Shown: positions 1-12,711, numbered from the stretch's first letter. The stretch is DNA of 64,000 nt from Nemertoderma westbladi (GCA_032718475.1 JAUCBJ010008604.1:15438-79437); one strand, 5' to 3'. Translations and numbers: made by a program. The notes: generated by a model from the sequence alone, not told the origin.

Positions 1-311
1 ACATTACCGGTACTGTACTGCGTGACTGCTGTGTAGGTAGGCTGGTAGGACTGTATAATTGTTATTGTCATTATGTCATATTACAGTAGGCCTATTATAT
101 GTTATATAACGCTGCCTGGTCAGGGCTGGGCTGTCAAAAACGTTAGGTTTTTCAAAACAAAAATTAGGTTATTGCAGGGTTTTTGGAAGGTTTTTGCAGG
201 TTTTTGAATGTTATTGCTAGGTTTTTGTACGGTAGTATCTGTATTTATCATTTATGTAGGTTTCTGTATTTGTATAGGCCCTATCTGCTATCTGCTGATC
301 GGTCAGCCTAA

Positions 312-470
312 ACACCCAACTACACCCAACTTTCACCCAACTACACCCAACTACACCCAACTACACCCAACTTTCACCCAACTACACCCAACTTTCAGCC
401 AACTACACCCACACAGTTCCACCCCACTACACCCAACTTCCACTTCCACTCTGCATCCAACTTACACAAA
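312..470 (+). repeat. 10/11-bp minisatellite (ACACCCAACT / TTTCACCCAAC) in the foldback left arm
   Basis: Tandem units are directly visible. A mirror copy lies at ~4055-4212 (minus) and a third, degenerate array at ~2445-2660. Confidence 0.9.
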
Positions 471-997
471 ACTATACCTACTGTATGGCACCAAACTTCC
501 ACAAATTACAATATGTACAGTAACAAACTCTTCGAGGAATTGCTGAGATATGAGCTTTTAAATGTTTCATGTACTGTATGTTGCCCCCACTGCTGAGCAA
601 TTATGAAAATAACAAACTAACGTTTTATATTTATTGCAGGTTGGTTCTAGAATAATTGATGAATTTAGCAATAAATATACAAAGGAGAGACGCAGAGACT
701 ATTGACGAACGATCCAAGCTACAGTATAAAACTAAACTGGCGCTATGGGATTGTGGTGAAAATGAAAACGGTATTGATACACAGGAGGGTCACCGTCACA
801 GCCTTAACGACGAAATCGCATTGGAAACTTCTGTTATGGGAATAGCAATGCAGATAATTCGTACAAAGTTAATGGACATAAGTTCTATATTATACAGTAT
901 GTTTAATGCAATTATAATAATGTAATTATCCTTTATGTATCATAGAATACAAGAAAAAGAACTGTAACATTATTTTCAGCAGTTTTATTTTAATCTT

Positions 998-1199
998 GGG
1001 CCCATGTAAACACTTTCTGCCGTTATATATTTAACTTTGCAGTTGCCCCTGAATCTAACCAAAACAATAAACGAAATTTAGCCGTATCAAAACGAAACGT
1101 ATCAAAAAGATAAATTAAAAAAAATAAAAAATCTTCATACATAAAATTCCAATAAAATGTCGACCGAAAAGTGAAATCCTGGTATTATTCACATGGGCG
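998..1199. mobile_element. ~200-bp MITE (GGGCCCATGT...ACATGGGC termini, PIF/Harbinger-like) in the left foldback arm
   Basis: Absent from the right arm at the equivalent position. A related copy lies at ~55706-55941 and a 3' part at ~16720-16762 (gaccgaaaagtgaaatcctggtattattcacatgg). Confidence 0.6.
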
Positions 1200-1662
1200 A
1201 ACTTTATGGCCTTTATATTAATTAATTTTTAACGAAACAACAGCAATAATTTTAGAACATTTTACATTTTTGATAAACTAAAAGGGGATCTGGTAAGATC
1301 TGTACAGGTCAAGGGAATTTCTGCAAGGAACTTATTATGATCTTCACATACAGGCGATGCCAGAATGGACAAGATCTCTACAGTATGAGAATCGATAAGA
1401 TCGTTATACATTACAGATCTTACAGTAGTAGAAATAATAATTCATCACACTAGGGTAGAGAATTGCAGACGTTGATCAACGTAATCATATAGACGCGGCT
1501 TGTCGTCTCTAGTACATACTTTACAGTATATGTACAGTAGGATATGACAATATTCAGCTTATTTTATTACAAACAACGAAATGGGAGAAGTGTATTTAAT
1601 CTTTCAGACATTCCACCCATTCGAAAATCCTCATGTGATCAACATTGAGGTTTCCAAACTAA

Positions 1663-2150
1663 TGTGTGCATTGTACTTGACACAATGAACCCGGCGTAGC
1701 ATTCTTGTGAATGTGCCATCCAGAGATTTGGTGTCCTCAGCAGTTAGAGCCCAGCATGGACTCCCGTAGAGGAGTACTGGAACTACTGCTGCTCTAAATA
1801 ATCGGACCTTGAGTTTCCGATTAATTCTCGGTGACTTCCAAATCCTGGAAAGCCTATTCAAGGCTGCCCATGCCTTTCCCTTACGTATTCGAAGGTCCTC
1901 ACCTGACTTCCGGATCCATGATCCCAGGTAACAGAAGTTGTCCACATGCTCAAGCATACCATCCTTTGAGCTTATGCTCATCCGATCAGAGACTTGCTGA
2001 GGACTTTCAAAGTTAACTGTCAAAATTGTGGTCTTTCTGGAGGTAATAAAAAGTCCAACACTAGAAGCAGAATGTTCTAATGAGCTGAGGAGCCGTTGGG
2101 CTCCCTCTAATGATTCTGAGAGTACTCCTAAGTCATCAGCAAAGTCTATC
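1663..2150 (-). mobile_element. Internal fragment of a non-LTR retrotransposon (RTE/L2-type) reverse transcriptase
   Basis: Minus-strand frame reads IDFADDLGVLSES...VDNFCYLGS...RIRKGKAWAALNRLSRIWKS...LFRAAVVPVLLYG, i.e. the FADD catalytic motif and thumb region. Flanked by 27-bp direct repeats at 1636-1662 and 2151-2177. Confidence 0.85.
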
Positions 2151-2992
2151 TGATCAACATTGAGGTTTCCAAGCTAAATTCTCACATGTGAATGAATAAT
2201 ATGTCACACACTTTAGGTATGTTGCTACATAGTCGGATCCCAAGTGGGGTTTCTCATCGGGCTTTAATGTGGATCAGTTGGCGAAAATCTTCAAAAGTTA
2301 CTTACGAATGAATTTTTCGTTACAGACAGACAAGCGGACAGAACGACCGACTGGAGATGAAATTTTGCCCTATTTTTACTAATTGCAATTGTGCGCTAAG
2401 GCTTGCCCTGACTGCGTGACTCGTCCCACAGAACACCAAACTCTCCAACCAACTACACTCAACTTTGACTCACTTTCACCCAACTACACTCCACTTCCAC
2501 CCAACTCTCACCCAACTACACCCAACTTTCACCCCAACTACCCCCAACAACACCCAACTTTCACCCAACTACACCCAATTCTCCACCCAACTACACCCAA
2601 CTATCACCCAACTACAGTACACTCAACATTGTCTCACTTCCACCCAACTACACTTACCTTTCACCACTTTCTCGCAGGTCAGGATTTTTGAAAATAAAAA
2701 ATTATAAAGCAAATTATAAAATTGTCAAAAACCATACAAATCCTAATCTATGTCGCTTTTTTGGATGTGAAGATGAGTAGGACATACATACAGTACAATA
2801 TATCTAATGTTTAGTTCTGAGGCATAACAGCGAGAACATGCGAGCCACGTAGTAAAGGCGAGCCTTAACGCACTATGATAATTAGTAAATACTGGAAAAT
2901 TTATTTCGAGTTATTATCATATTCGAGTTAGTGAAATATTGAAACGAGGGACCGAAGTGAGATAAAAGTACATTATACACTATAAAATGTTG

Positions 2993-3120
2993 TTTTATTG
3001 TTAAATTTCTTGATTACTTAACGCTCGTCTATGGACGAGCCGCAAATAATCCATCTATCTACTATATTTACGGCTTGTCCAAGGACAAGCGTTAAGTAAT
3101 TCAGAAATTTAACAATAAAA
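2993..3120. repeat. Short imperfect palindrome (hairpin MITE-like)
   Basis: ttttattgttaaatttct..ttacttaacgctcgtc pairs with gacaagcgttaagtaat..agaaatttaacaataaaa. Confidence 0.7.
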
Positions 3121-4775
3121 TATTATAATTATCCTTTGTATCATATTACAAGAAAGATTGTAACATAGTCTTTATTTTCAACAGTTTTATTCTAAACTTC
3201 GTGGCCTTTATATTAATTTGATCTTATCTTTCGTTTATTATTTTGGTTCCATGAGAAATTTATTATTCGCCTATATTATACAGAAAGTACTTTATTTGCT
3301 AACCATTAAGATTGGATCAGGGAGCCAAATGGAGTGTAAACTTGAGACATGTAAAATGTAATGAGAAATGTAAAAAGTTCTAAAATTATTTCTGTTGTTT
3401 CGTTAAAAATTAATTAATACAGTATAAAGGCCATAAAGTTTAAGATAAAGAAGCTGAAAATAATGTTACAGTTTATTTTCTTGTATTCTATGATACATAA
3501 AGGATAATTACATTATTATAATTGCATTAAACATACTGTATAATATAGAACTTATGTCCATTAACTTGGTACGAATTATCTGCATAGCTATTCGCACAGC
3601 AGAAGTTTCCAATAATGCGATTTCGTCGTTAAGGCTGTGACGGTGACCCTCCGCTCCTGTGTATCAATACCGTTTTCATTTTCACCGCAATCCCACAGCG
3701 CCAGTTTAGTTTGTACTGTAGCTTAGTTTGGAGTTTTGATGCGTGGTATGTGTAGACATCTATAGGTATCTGGATCGTTCGTCAATAGTCTCTGTGTCTC
3801 TCCTTTGTATATTTATTGCTAAATTCATCAATTATTCTAGAATCAACCTGCAATAAAAATAAAATGTTAGTTAGTTATTTTCATAATTGCAGGGCAGTGA
3901 TGGCAAAATACAGCACGAGTACATGCAACTTTTAAAAGTTCATATCTCAGCAATTCCTCAAAGAAGTTCAGAGTTTGTTACTGTACATATTGTAATTTGT
4001 GGAAGATAGGTGCCATACAGTATAGTTTGGTGTAAGTTGGATGCTGTTGTGTTGAAGTTGGGTGTAGTTGGTGAAAGTTGGGTGTAGTTGGGTTGGGTGA
4101 AAGTTGGGTGTAGTTGGGTGAAAGTTGGGTGTAGTTGGGTGTAGTTGGGTGTAGTTGGGTGTAGTTGGGTGTAGTTGGGTGTAGTTGGGTGAAAGTTGGG
4201 TGTAGTTGGGTGATTAGGCTGACCCTCTGCTGATCTGCCTATTGATGGATTAGATTGACCTGACTGCCAAAGCTTGATTGGCAGATTGCATTTCTCAATA
4301 TTATATTTTACAGTTTTATGCAGCATTGGTAGATCAGCTGATCAGTAGATACCGGTCTGCCGGTAAGCCTGCTACAACAGCACAATATATTAAAATAATC
4401 GATTTGATTTTTGTTTTAAATATTACTGTATTAGTCAGTCCAGCAGGCAGGCAGCAAGAGTCCAGCCAGCCAGCTGCCAGCAGTGAAGTTTTATTGTTGG
4501 CTTACTGGCTGACTGCTGGACTGGCTTAAAGTTAAGTCCAGAAACTCAAGTCTTTAGTCAGTGGGTTTCATGCATGGAACCCAAAAAACAAGCAATTTGG
4601 CTCTTTTTGTGATCAAAAACCTAAAATCCTAGTTTTAGGCTTTTTTCAAATTTTAGGTTTTTGACAAAAATCGACAAAAACCTAGGTTTGGCAGTTTAGG
4701 CCCTACAAAACTACTTTGCCAGCCCTGTGCCTGGTGCCTGACTGTAACAGTAGCCTAGCGCTAGCCTCCTGCGAT

Positions 4776-5804
4776 ATGGATAAAATCGAAGCATATTCAG
4801 GAACCGATCGGTCCCTGGACGCCGGAGTTTGTCGATCCAAACTAGCTTCCGCAATCGCTGACGCCGTAGAGTTAAGCAACAAAGATGAGTTATTAAACTG
4901 TTACAACCAGGAGATAGGCGGCAGTGAAGCCGACAAGAAGATGACGTTGGACCAAGCCTTTCGGGACGCAATCAAAGGCAACATAGGCAACATCGACTTG
5001 TGCCTTCGTATCATTGATTTCTGCATCGAGTTAGTTAAAGACGGTATGACTTCAACCAGCGCGATATTCGCTATAATAGCCGACGCTCTGGATCTGCTTC
5101 CGCTGGAGCATTGCGAGAAAGTTTTCACCTACATAGAGAGTAACGTAGCCGTATGGAAGCAGGATCATCTCTACTCCGCCGGGAAGACCTACCTGCTGCG
5201 GATGTGCAACGACCTGTTGCGTCGACTTAGCGAGTCGCAGCAGACGGTTATCTGTGGCCGAATTCAGATGTTTCTCGCTCGACTATTCCCGTTGAGCGAG
5301 AAGTCAGCCCTGAATCTAATGTCCCACTTTAACGTGGATAACCGGACAGTGTTCAGCAACAAAGAGGAAGTAATCCAGAACCACCTGCGGGAAGAGGGAA
5401 TTGAGGAGGGGGAGCTCACGAAGATCGCGCCCCCCGTCGACTACGATCTATACCGAAAGTTCTGGACTCTCCAGGACTACTTCCGGTTGCCCACGCAGTG
5501 CTACGAGAAGGCGGCGTGGAGAAGGTTCACTCGCTACTCAGATGACGTCCTCACCGTTTTTGCTTCCTACAAGGTTGACGTTAGTCAGTCCTCCCGCAAA
5601 CGGAAGCACAGCGTAACCCAGGATGACGTCACCAACCGCGAGATGACGTCATCCGATGAGGTTTGCTTCACTAAGTTTCTAACCAATGAGAAGCTCCTGG
5701 ATCTACAGATGAGTGACCCCAACTTCCGGCGACATATTCTCCTACAAATGCTCTTCCTATTTCAGTACCTCGGCGGTAACGTGAAGTTCAAACTCGCCAA
5801 TCAG
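4776..5804 (+). CDS. THOC1: THO complex subunit 1, coding exon 1
   Basis: Motifs GKTYLLRMCNDLLRRLS, CGRIQMFLARLFPLSEKSALN, LYRKFWTLQDYFR, KFLTNEKLLDLQMSDPNFRRH. ATG at 4776; donor CAG|GTGATT at 5804/5805 (phase 0). Confidence 0.95.
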
Positions 5805-6402
5805 GTGATTATATATGAATTAATATACATTAAATGTTAAACTCAACTTAATCTGATTATTTAATTTTTCTAACATTTACAGATTTAGCATAAAGGGAAA
5901 ATCTTCAGAAGCGCAGCACATATGGATGACTTCATATACGAGAGTCACTGCCTTCTAGTCAAAACATTCTTTATCTTATTAAAAACAGTGAGCAGAAAGA
6001 AGGCGCTCTGCTCTAATATATGTTAAATATTAAATTAAATACAATTAAAAAATAATTATAAATAATAATTATTGGCTTACAGTAGTATTATGTAATCATT
6101 GGGTATTGACGACGGTATTGTGATTGCATACAATGGGCCTGCAATACAATATCATGCAATGGTATAATAATACATATATATAGCAAAACAGCATACAGTA
6201 AAATCCAGAGGCTTTATACTACTGGCGTGGCGAGTGACTTTTTTTAAACTTTTTTTAACTAAAAAATACAAAATAGTGAAGGGAATTATGTTTTTATTTA
6301 ATTCACTCAAATAGTTAGCCCTAATTAACTTAAAATTAAGTAAAAGTTAATTTTTAGATAAAATTATAAATAACCCCAACAATCCAAATATCCCCTCTAC
6401 AG

Positions 6403-7326
6403 GTTCTCTCTGACGATCAGACTGGGTGGATAACCTCGACCGAGACGCGGGTTTACTCAATGCTGCGGGACACACCGCCGGATGGGCCCCAGTTCGCGGC
6501 CACGGTCGACCAACTGCTAAACCGTGAGACCAACTGGATCGGCTGGAAGAACGAGGGCTGCGCGTCGTACACGCGGCCACCGCGCGCGGAATCCCGCGTC
6601 AAACTGCGGATCCGGCGCGCCTCGATCGCCGACGACGAGGTTCCCACGCACCACTCGCACGATCTCGGATCCGCCGAACTCACCCGACTGTGGAACATCG
6701 CCCCGGATAACATGCAGTCCTGTAAACTCCCGGAACGCCGATTGCAACCCACGCTGGAGGCCTTCTTCGAGTCCCCGGTGCAGCAACTAAACCCGAACTG
6801 CGGAATAGAAGACGAGTACAAGGCGACCCACCAACCCAACCACCAGTGGCGCGCGTTGCGGCTCCTGTCCCGCAAGGCGCCGTTCTTCTTCCATCCGACC
6901 ACCCAAGCGTTCGCCAACATGAGTCAGTACATGGAGTACATGTGCCGGAAGCTGGCGAAAGAGTACCCGAACTTGGGGAAACAGTTGGAGGGAGGGGGGA
7001 GTGCGGTTGGGAGTAACGGTGGAGGGAGCAACGCTGTGAGCGACAGCGAGGGGAGCGAGAGTGAGTTCGAGGATACGGAAACAATGGTGACGGCTAAACA
7101 GTTGGAGAATCTCGCTGGGAAGCTGACGCCGCCAGAGTGGAAGAAACTCGCGATACAATTGGACTTTAAGGATATGGACATACAGGAGTTGGCGGACAGC
7201 TACGAGGAACCCCTGACGCAGGCGAGGAAGATGCTCGCCTCCTGGTTCACTAATAACGGGACTAACGCCACGTTAAAGTCATTAACTACCGCGTTAACCG
7301 ACGTCGGCTTGTCTAACTACCTATAG
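6403..7326 (+). CDS. THOC1: THO complex subunit 1, coding exon 2 (with C-terminal death domain)
   Basis: Acceptor CTACAG|GTT at 6402/6403 is in frame: VLSDDQTGW...TPPDG...RETNWIGWKNEGC...GSAELTRLW...WRALRLLSRKAPFFF. Death-domain-like end (EWKKLAIQLDF). Stop TAG at 7326. Confidence 0.95.
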   Translation, partial: VLSDDQTGWITSTETRVYSMLRDTPPDGPQFAATVDQLLNRETNWIGWKNEGCASYTRPPRAESRVKLRIRRASIADDEVPTHHSHDLGSAELTRLWNIAPDNMQSCKLPERRLQPTLEAFFESPVQQLNPNCGIEDEYKATHQPNHQWRALRLLSRKAPFFFHPTTQAFANMSQYMEYMCRKLAKEYPNLGKQLEGGGSAVGSNGGGSNAVSDSEGSESEFEDTETMVTAKQLENLAGKLTPPEWKKLAIQLDFKDMDIQELADSYEEPLTQARKMLASWFTNNGTNATLKSLTTALTDVGLSNYL

Positions 7327-9880
7327 TGCCGTACGGACTTTATTTAGTATCGTTAACTTTCATTTTGTTAAGCTAAGTGTTTATTTTTCGTTTTCTTACA
7401 ATTTACGTACATTTAATTATACATGTACGCCAAACGAACTGCGTGTTTATTTCGATAGTCTGTCTGGCCGCTATCCAACTCAAGTTTTGGGTGACTATGT
7501 GATCTTACTGTCAACCTACTTCCAGAATATGCCCATAAGAGTGCTCTTACAGATGGAGTTGAGGACCGATGTAAATATCTATTAACTATCCTCACATAGT
7601 TGAAACTCAAAGAGCTGGTGCCGTGGAATAGCAAAATACATTGCGGAATGGTCTTGACATGGTAATAACGAACGGAAATTCCTTTGATTGGGTACATCCA
7701 GTCGAGTTATTTATTTTAAACTAGCAACCAATTAACAATAGAATAATATGTTAACAGTAAATTATAAAAAAGGCCATCTTTCAAGCGCCCAGACTCACCC
7801 TCCTAGAAAATTCCAAGCGACCTTTACTCCAAGTTTGAGTCAGACCACGTAGAATGTAAATGTAGAATTTCGCACGCAGTGCCCAAGAGATGATTGACAT
7901 TAAATAACTATAATTCTCGTGGTCTCCTGTCAGGACATTTATTATATTGTTCCTTACAGCCAACTACAGTCGTACCTCGTAAAAATATATTTCCCTTATT
8001 ACAAATAGTAGCAAAATAAATAAATTTGAGTCATTTTATCAAACTGTATTTTATTGCAAATATATTTTACCGAAAATTTTTACTTCTACCGATCTTTCTA
8101 AATGAAATACCGTAATTAAAAACATGGATGTGACTTTGTGTCTTAACTCTATAATATTGAAACACAACCTGATGGGTAATCCATAATATAAAATAAAAAA
8201 GGTTGTGTTTGACCTAATAATTAATGTAATATAATTATTCGTCTCCAAGTTCATTACTCTGGAGTCCCGAATAGACACGTCTATAAATTTTTGAAAAAAA
8301 TTCCACCCACAATTCTCTTATTTTTTATTATGAGTAAATAAACGTTTGTTCTCATAATAATTGAGAGTTGAAAGTGAAAGTAAACAAAAACCGTGTACCG
8401 AGTATACCACCGGTAGCCGTAGGTACTACTGTACCTGTATAACTGTGTCAAAAATGTTCCTCCCACCCCGTTTATTCCACCCACCCCGTCCATCGGGACT
8501 CCTCCAGAGTACACACACATTGATTCTGGGTTACAACTAATAAGCAATCTCTTCTTGACCTTTAATAATAGCGCACACCGACGTTTAATAATTGGCTGTT
8601 AAGTGTGTTCGAGAGCAATGGATATTGAGCTCAACATGTTAAGATCTTACATATTCTTAATTATCTCGAGAATTAATTAATTAATTAACGCGTAACTTTC
8701 CTATTCCAAGGCCGATACACAAATAAACCACCATACAAAGTCTCGTATCGATTCACCGTCAGTGTTTAGGCGGAGATAGGGCTACGACAAACATACATAA
8801 TATACAACATTGACAATTGTATTATTGTATTATATGGCGGCCAAACAATTTATATATAAATATTTTTATATTCCACTTGGCCCATGGCTGCCATAATTTT
8901 TTTTATTCTTTGCTCCTCGTGGCCCATGGCTGCTAGTTGCAGGTAAACAGGTCCATTGATGGATGCATCTCTCAGTACAAATGGAGATAACTTCAAAATT
9001 ATCGGCACCTTTTTGCTTTTTGCTTTCGGAATCGAAACTTGCTACAATCTTCATTATTTAGCTGTTTGAAGTTCCATCCATTGAGAAATTGTAGCCGTGA
9101 TTATATTTGAAAAATTACTGTGATGTGAGCTGTGGGGCCATACTAAATGCTCGAAACCTTTAATCATAAATCAAAGGTTCAAAAGTCAAACTAACGCCAT
9201 ATTCGTAAGATTATTTAAATATAGGGATGTCGATCTGTTTAAAAAAATCTGGAACATAAATATATTCTACTGGTTCTGGATCGGGATACTGTTTGGATTT
9301 GATCACTAGCATAAGATAATGTTCAAACATACAAATAGAAAGGTTTTATACATTTGGAAACATGGCCAATTATGCTATTTTGTAAAACTATAATATAAAT
9401 CATTGAAAATTGATTTCGTTGAATCTGAAATAAAAATAAAAGTTCCAAAATTTTATAAACGAAACTACGGACTTAAGAAATACACGGCATTTATAATTTT
9501 TTATTGCTCGATAAATGATATTGATCAATATATGATAATGATATTGATAAATGATATGATTGAATTATAATGATACCATGATAAACCGTTAAATGTTGAA
9601 CGGTGTTTGTGGTACTGTGTAGTCTATAGCCCCTTCGCAATTTCATTCTAAAAAGATCTTGTCTATAGAGTTTGTCTAAATGACTTCTCTATTCGTTTAT
9701 AGCACTTGTTTGTTTCGTTTCATCGGTATAGGGAATTTGTTTCTCTAAACGAATAAATTTGTGTAACGAATTGTTACACGAACGAAGACATGCTATGACA
9801 AGTTTTACATTGGCGGATTTATGTATTATTATAAAATAATAGTTAAACAAATAAATTCTCCCAAACAATATTATAACCTA

Positions 9881-10786
9881 TCACGGACAATCGTATATAT
9901 GAATTGCTTTATCGTCTGAAACCGACACAAGTTTGGAACCAGTTCGATTAAACCGACACGACCACACCTGGTCGGTGTGGTCCGCGAAGGTTGCCTCGCA
10001 TCGTCTCTCCCCTACATGCCACACCCTGCAGGTCCGATCAGCGGAGGTGGACGCGAACCGAGTGTTATCGGGGTGGTAATCGACGCTGAGGACCCATGAG
10101 GCGTGTCCGGACAACGTCGAGACAAGAGATGCGGCCAGAACGTCGTAAACCTTTATATATCCGTCGTCTGAAGCTGTAATCAACAGCTGGGAAGCGGGAG
10201 AGAATGAAAGTCCTCGTATGGGCATGGCGTGGCCTTCCAACGTGTGTATGAGACGACCTGTCGCCAAGTCGAATATGTTTATAATACCGTCGATAGCACC
10301 GGAGGCCACGTATTTACCGTCCGGACTACAAGCCAACGACATTGTAAACTTCCCACGCGTATCGAGCGACGTTTCTTTCTCTCCTTTATCGATGTTAAAC
10401 ACGTTTATCTTTCCGGAATGACTTCCCGTTATGACGTTCTGTCCGTCCGGTGTGAATGTCACGGTCCAGGCGTCCACTGGGCCCGCGTCTATGGTCTTTA
10501 GGAGGGTCCCCTTACTGGTGTCCCACAGTCGTATCTGGGAGTCCAGTGAGTTGCTCGCGATTACGGTGCCGTCCGGGTTGATGTCCACCGATACGACGCC
10601 CAGTTGGTGGCCCTCGAACACGTGCTTGAGGTCGAGTCGATCGTCCGTGTAGCGCCAAGCCTTGACCAGGTCGTCAACGCCGCCCGTTACTATGTAATCT
10701 ATGTCGTCCTTCTCGCAATGTTTCCACGCGCAGCTCCAGATTCCATCGTCGTGCGAGTTGCTTTGCTTATACTGAACAGTATACAT
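9881..10786 (-). CDS. WDR61: WD repeat protein 61 (SKI8; SKI and PAF1 complexes), intronless CDS
   Basis: [76 protein letters not shown]. Start taken at ATG 10786 (MYTVQYKQ). Confidence 0.96.
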   Translation of the reverse strand: MYTVQYKQSNSHDDGIWSCAWKHCEKDDIDYIVTGGVDDLVKAWRYTDDRLDLKHVFEGHQLGVVSVDINPDGTVIASNSLDSQIRLWDTSKGTLLKTIDAGPVDAWTVTFTPDGQNVITGSHSGKINVFNIDKGEKETSLDTRGKFTMSLACSPDGKYVASGAIDGIINIFDLATGRLIHTLEGHAMPIRGLSFSPASQLLITASDDGYIKVYDVLAASLVSTLSGHASWVLSVDYHPDNTRFASTSADRTCRVWHVGERRCEATFADHTDQVWSCRFNRTGSKLVSVSDDKAIHIYDCP

Positions 10787-11009
10787 TGTGTTGTGTTGGT
10801 CCACTCCACAGGTACCGGTAGTACTGTAGTAAATATGCAATAATAATCAACGTTGGTTTGGTAGCCTACTCCTGTACCGCTAGTCCTACAACTCTTGTAC
10901 TCAAACTCTACAAAAACGAAGTAGGCCTACTACATCCGCTATTATTGAAACTGAAATGAGGCTTGCGAATGTAAACTTATCACTGGGGCTCTGCTCGGGT
11001 TCCTGCAGC

Positions 11010-11385
11010 TATTAATAGTTTGTTTGATTGTGGCTGGCTGGCTGGCTGCTGGGTTTGTGGCTAGAATGTTTGAACGCTAATAAGTCGGTCAATCATGGAT
11101 GAAATGGAACCAAACTTGGTACACATCAGCACATGTAGTATCAAAAGTTTGGAAATTCTCCACACATACAGATTTATTTAGTTCCTCTGTCTGCCGCTAG
11201 GAGCGAATTGACAGTAGCTGTAATTATAGAACCAACCAGAAGATTCATCTGAAATTTGGTAGTGGTAACCTACGCGCATTGTTTAATTACAAATTCTACA
11301 CACAGGCAGACTTTCACAGTTCCTCCTGTCTGCAGCTAGGGGGCGAATTGTCAGCTCCAGTTCATCGTGCTTAGCATGATTTAAT
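11010..11385. mobile_element. Probable non-autonomous Helitron/Helentron (DINE-1/HINE-like) remnant
   Basis: gttt/ggct microsatellite head, then two diverged ~130-bp units containing accaaacttggt/gaaatttggt and gccgctaggagcg/gcagctagggggcg. Similar pieces at ~2270-2380 and ~62800-62950. Confidence 0.45.
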
Positions 11386-12289
11386 TTATTACGATATAGT
11401 GATATATACTTTTAGCTATACATAATTTTTGTTGATATTATTTACTCATGTATTTACTTGCATTATACATATACGTACAGTACACCATTTCGATATTTCA
11501 TTATACCCAAAAAGTATTACGCAAGCAATTTAAAAACAATGAAAATGGAAATCTGTGCCGACATGTACGTACATTGTACTTGTGCATACGATAATGCAAT
11601 ATTTTTTGTAGTTTACTAATAATTAATGGCAATAATTAATCGTCCTTCTAAACATTATCATTTTTCCTAAATTTTAACAGGTAAATCACTAAAATATCAA
11701 TTCAGTTTCCATGAAATATTTTACAAGAGTAGGCCTATCACTAAAATCTATTACTTAATACTAATTAACGGAAAGGAGACGGTTACAGTGGCACGCTATT
11801 CTAACCAAAACAATAAACGAAATTCAATAAAACTGGTTACATATTTATTTCTGATGATGCAAGTTATCATACGGGTACCCTCTAGGCACCCTCTAGCGGG
11901 AGACTGGATAACTTCTGAGTCAACCACGGAAATTATATTTCAGAAATTTGAAAAGACTACAAAAATAAACAGTAAGAAATATTAAATAATTAATAACCGT
12001 CTGTGACAATATTATTATAAATTTCGTGATGAGTTTATAGTTCAAACCACTAAAACCAGGTAATTATATAAAAAAAATACAATATAAGCTAAAAAGATCA
12101 CTGTTTACAAACTTTTCAAATTGCACATTACTTTATAAATTCTTTATTGCACTATTTACCGGTAAGTGGCATGATAGTTTAATAAGTTTAATAAGGAGTA
12201 TATATTTATTGAGATACTCCTCAGAATATGCCCAATAATAATAATTCAATAACATTGAGTTGAGTTGAGTCAATTCAATAACAAGGGTT

Positions 12290-12612
12290 ATATTGAAAAA
12301 TATCGAGAGTAAAAATATCGGGAGTAAAAATATCGGGAGTAAAATTAGCTATAATTTTTTGTATGAAACACTAGCTATCGACGAAAACATTAGCTAGTAC
12401 CTGATTACTATAGAAACTAAAATAAACATTATTAAACATATATAAAGTATTTTACTCGCGATATTTTTACTCGCGAACTTTTTACTCGCGATATTTTTAC
12501 TCGCGAACTTTTTACTCGCGATATTTTTACTCGCGAACTTTTTACTCGCGATATTTTTACTCGCGAATTTTTTACTCCCGATATTTTTAAACTCGATATT
12601 TTTCAAAGTCTC
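12290..12612. mobile_element. Small foldback MITE built from 15-bp repeats (AAAAATATCGGGAGT)
   Basis: Left ttgaaaaatatcgagagtaaaaatatcgggagt is inverted with right actcccgatatttttaaactcgatatttttcaa. The right arm carries about 10 tandem 15-bp units. TSD not resolved. Confidence 0.65.
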
Positions 12613-12711
12613 AATAAATTGTTCAGCAATACCTAGTCACGCATTTTCTACGGCGTAAATATAATCAAGTTGGGAAAGATTGAGGTAGAAAGAAAATTCA
12701 ATCTCGATGGT

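Larger units (their letters stand above)
300..4225. mobile_element. Foldback (Mutator/FB-like) element with ~0.9-kb inverted arms, nested in the hAT element
   Basis: 301-~1270 is the reverse complement of ~3355-4224 (e.g. ggtcagccta/taggctgacc, caccgtcacagccttaacgacg/cgtcgttaaggctgtgacggtg). Arms start with (ACACCCAACT)n arrays. Direct repeat TCTGCTGAT(C) at 291-300 and 4226-4235 gives a 9-10-bp TSD. Confidence 0.85.
121..4727. mobile_element. Non-autonomous hAT-like DNA transposon (outer element of a nested stack)
   Basis: Termini CAGGGCTGG (121) and CCAGCCCTG (ends 4727) are inverted. A perfect 8-bp direct repeat TGCCTGGT flanks it (113-120, 4728-4735). Subterminal AGGTTTTT/AAAAACCT motifs occur at both ends. 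CAGGG termini with an 8-bp TSD are hAT hallmarks. Confidence 0.8.

Noticed and set aside
312-470. Telomere-like C/A-rich repeats (also CCCCAA in the second satellite)
   Set aside because: Units are 10-11 bp or embedded in 40/58-bp monomers, internal and TE-associated, not a canonical TTAGGG/TTAGG array.
208-4326. HPTTPN/TQLHP-rich ORFs (208-546, 2383-2707, 3958-4326) and ORF 656-925
   Set aside because: They are translations of the ACACCCAACT minisatellite and foldback arm; no recognisable domain.
4716-4775. N-terminal extension of the THOC1 ORF from a non-ATG start
   Set aside because: It begins inside the hAT terminus and crosses its TSD. ATG 4776 is the plausible start, and the ORF tail 5805-5840 is intron.
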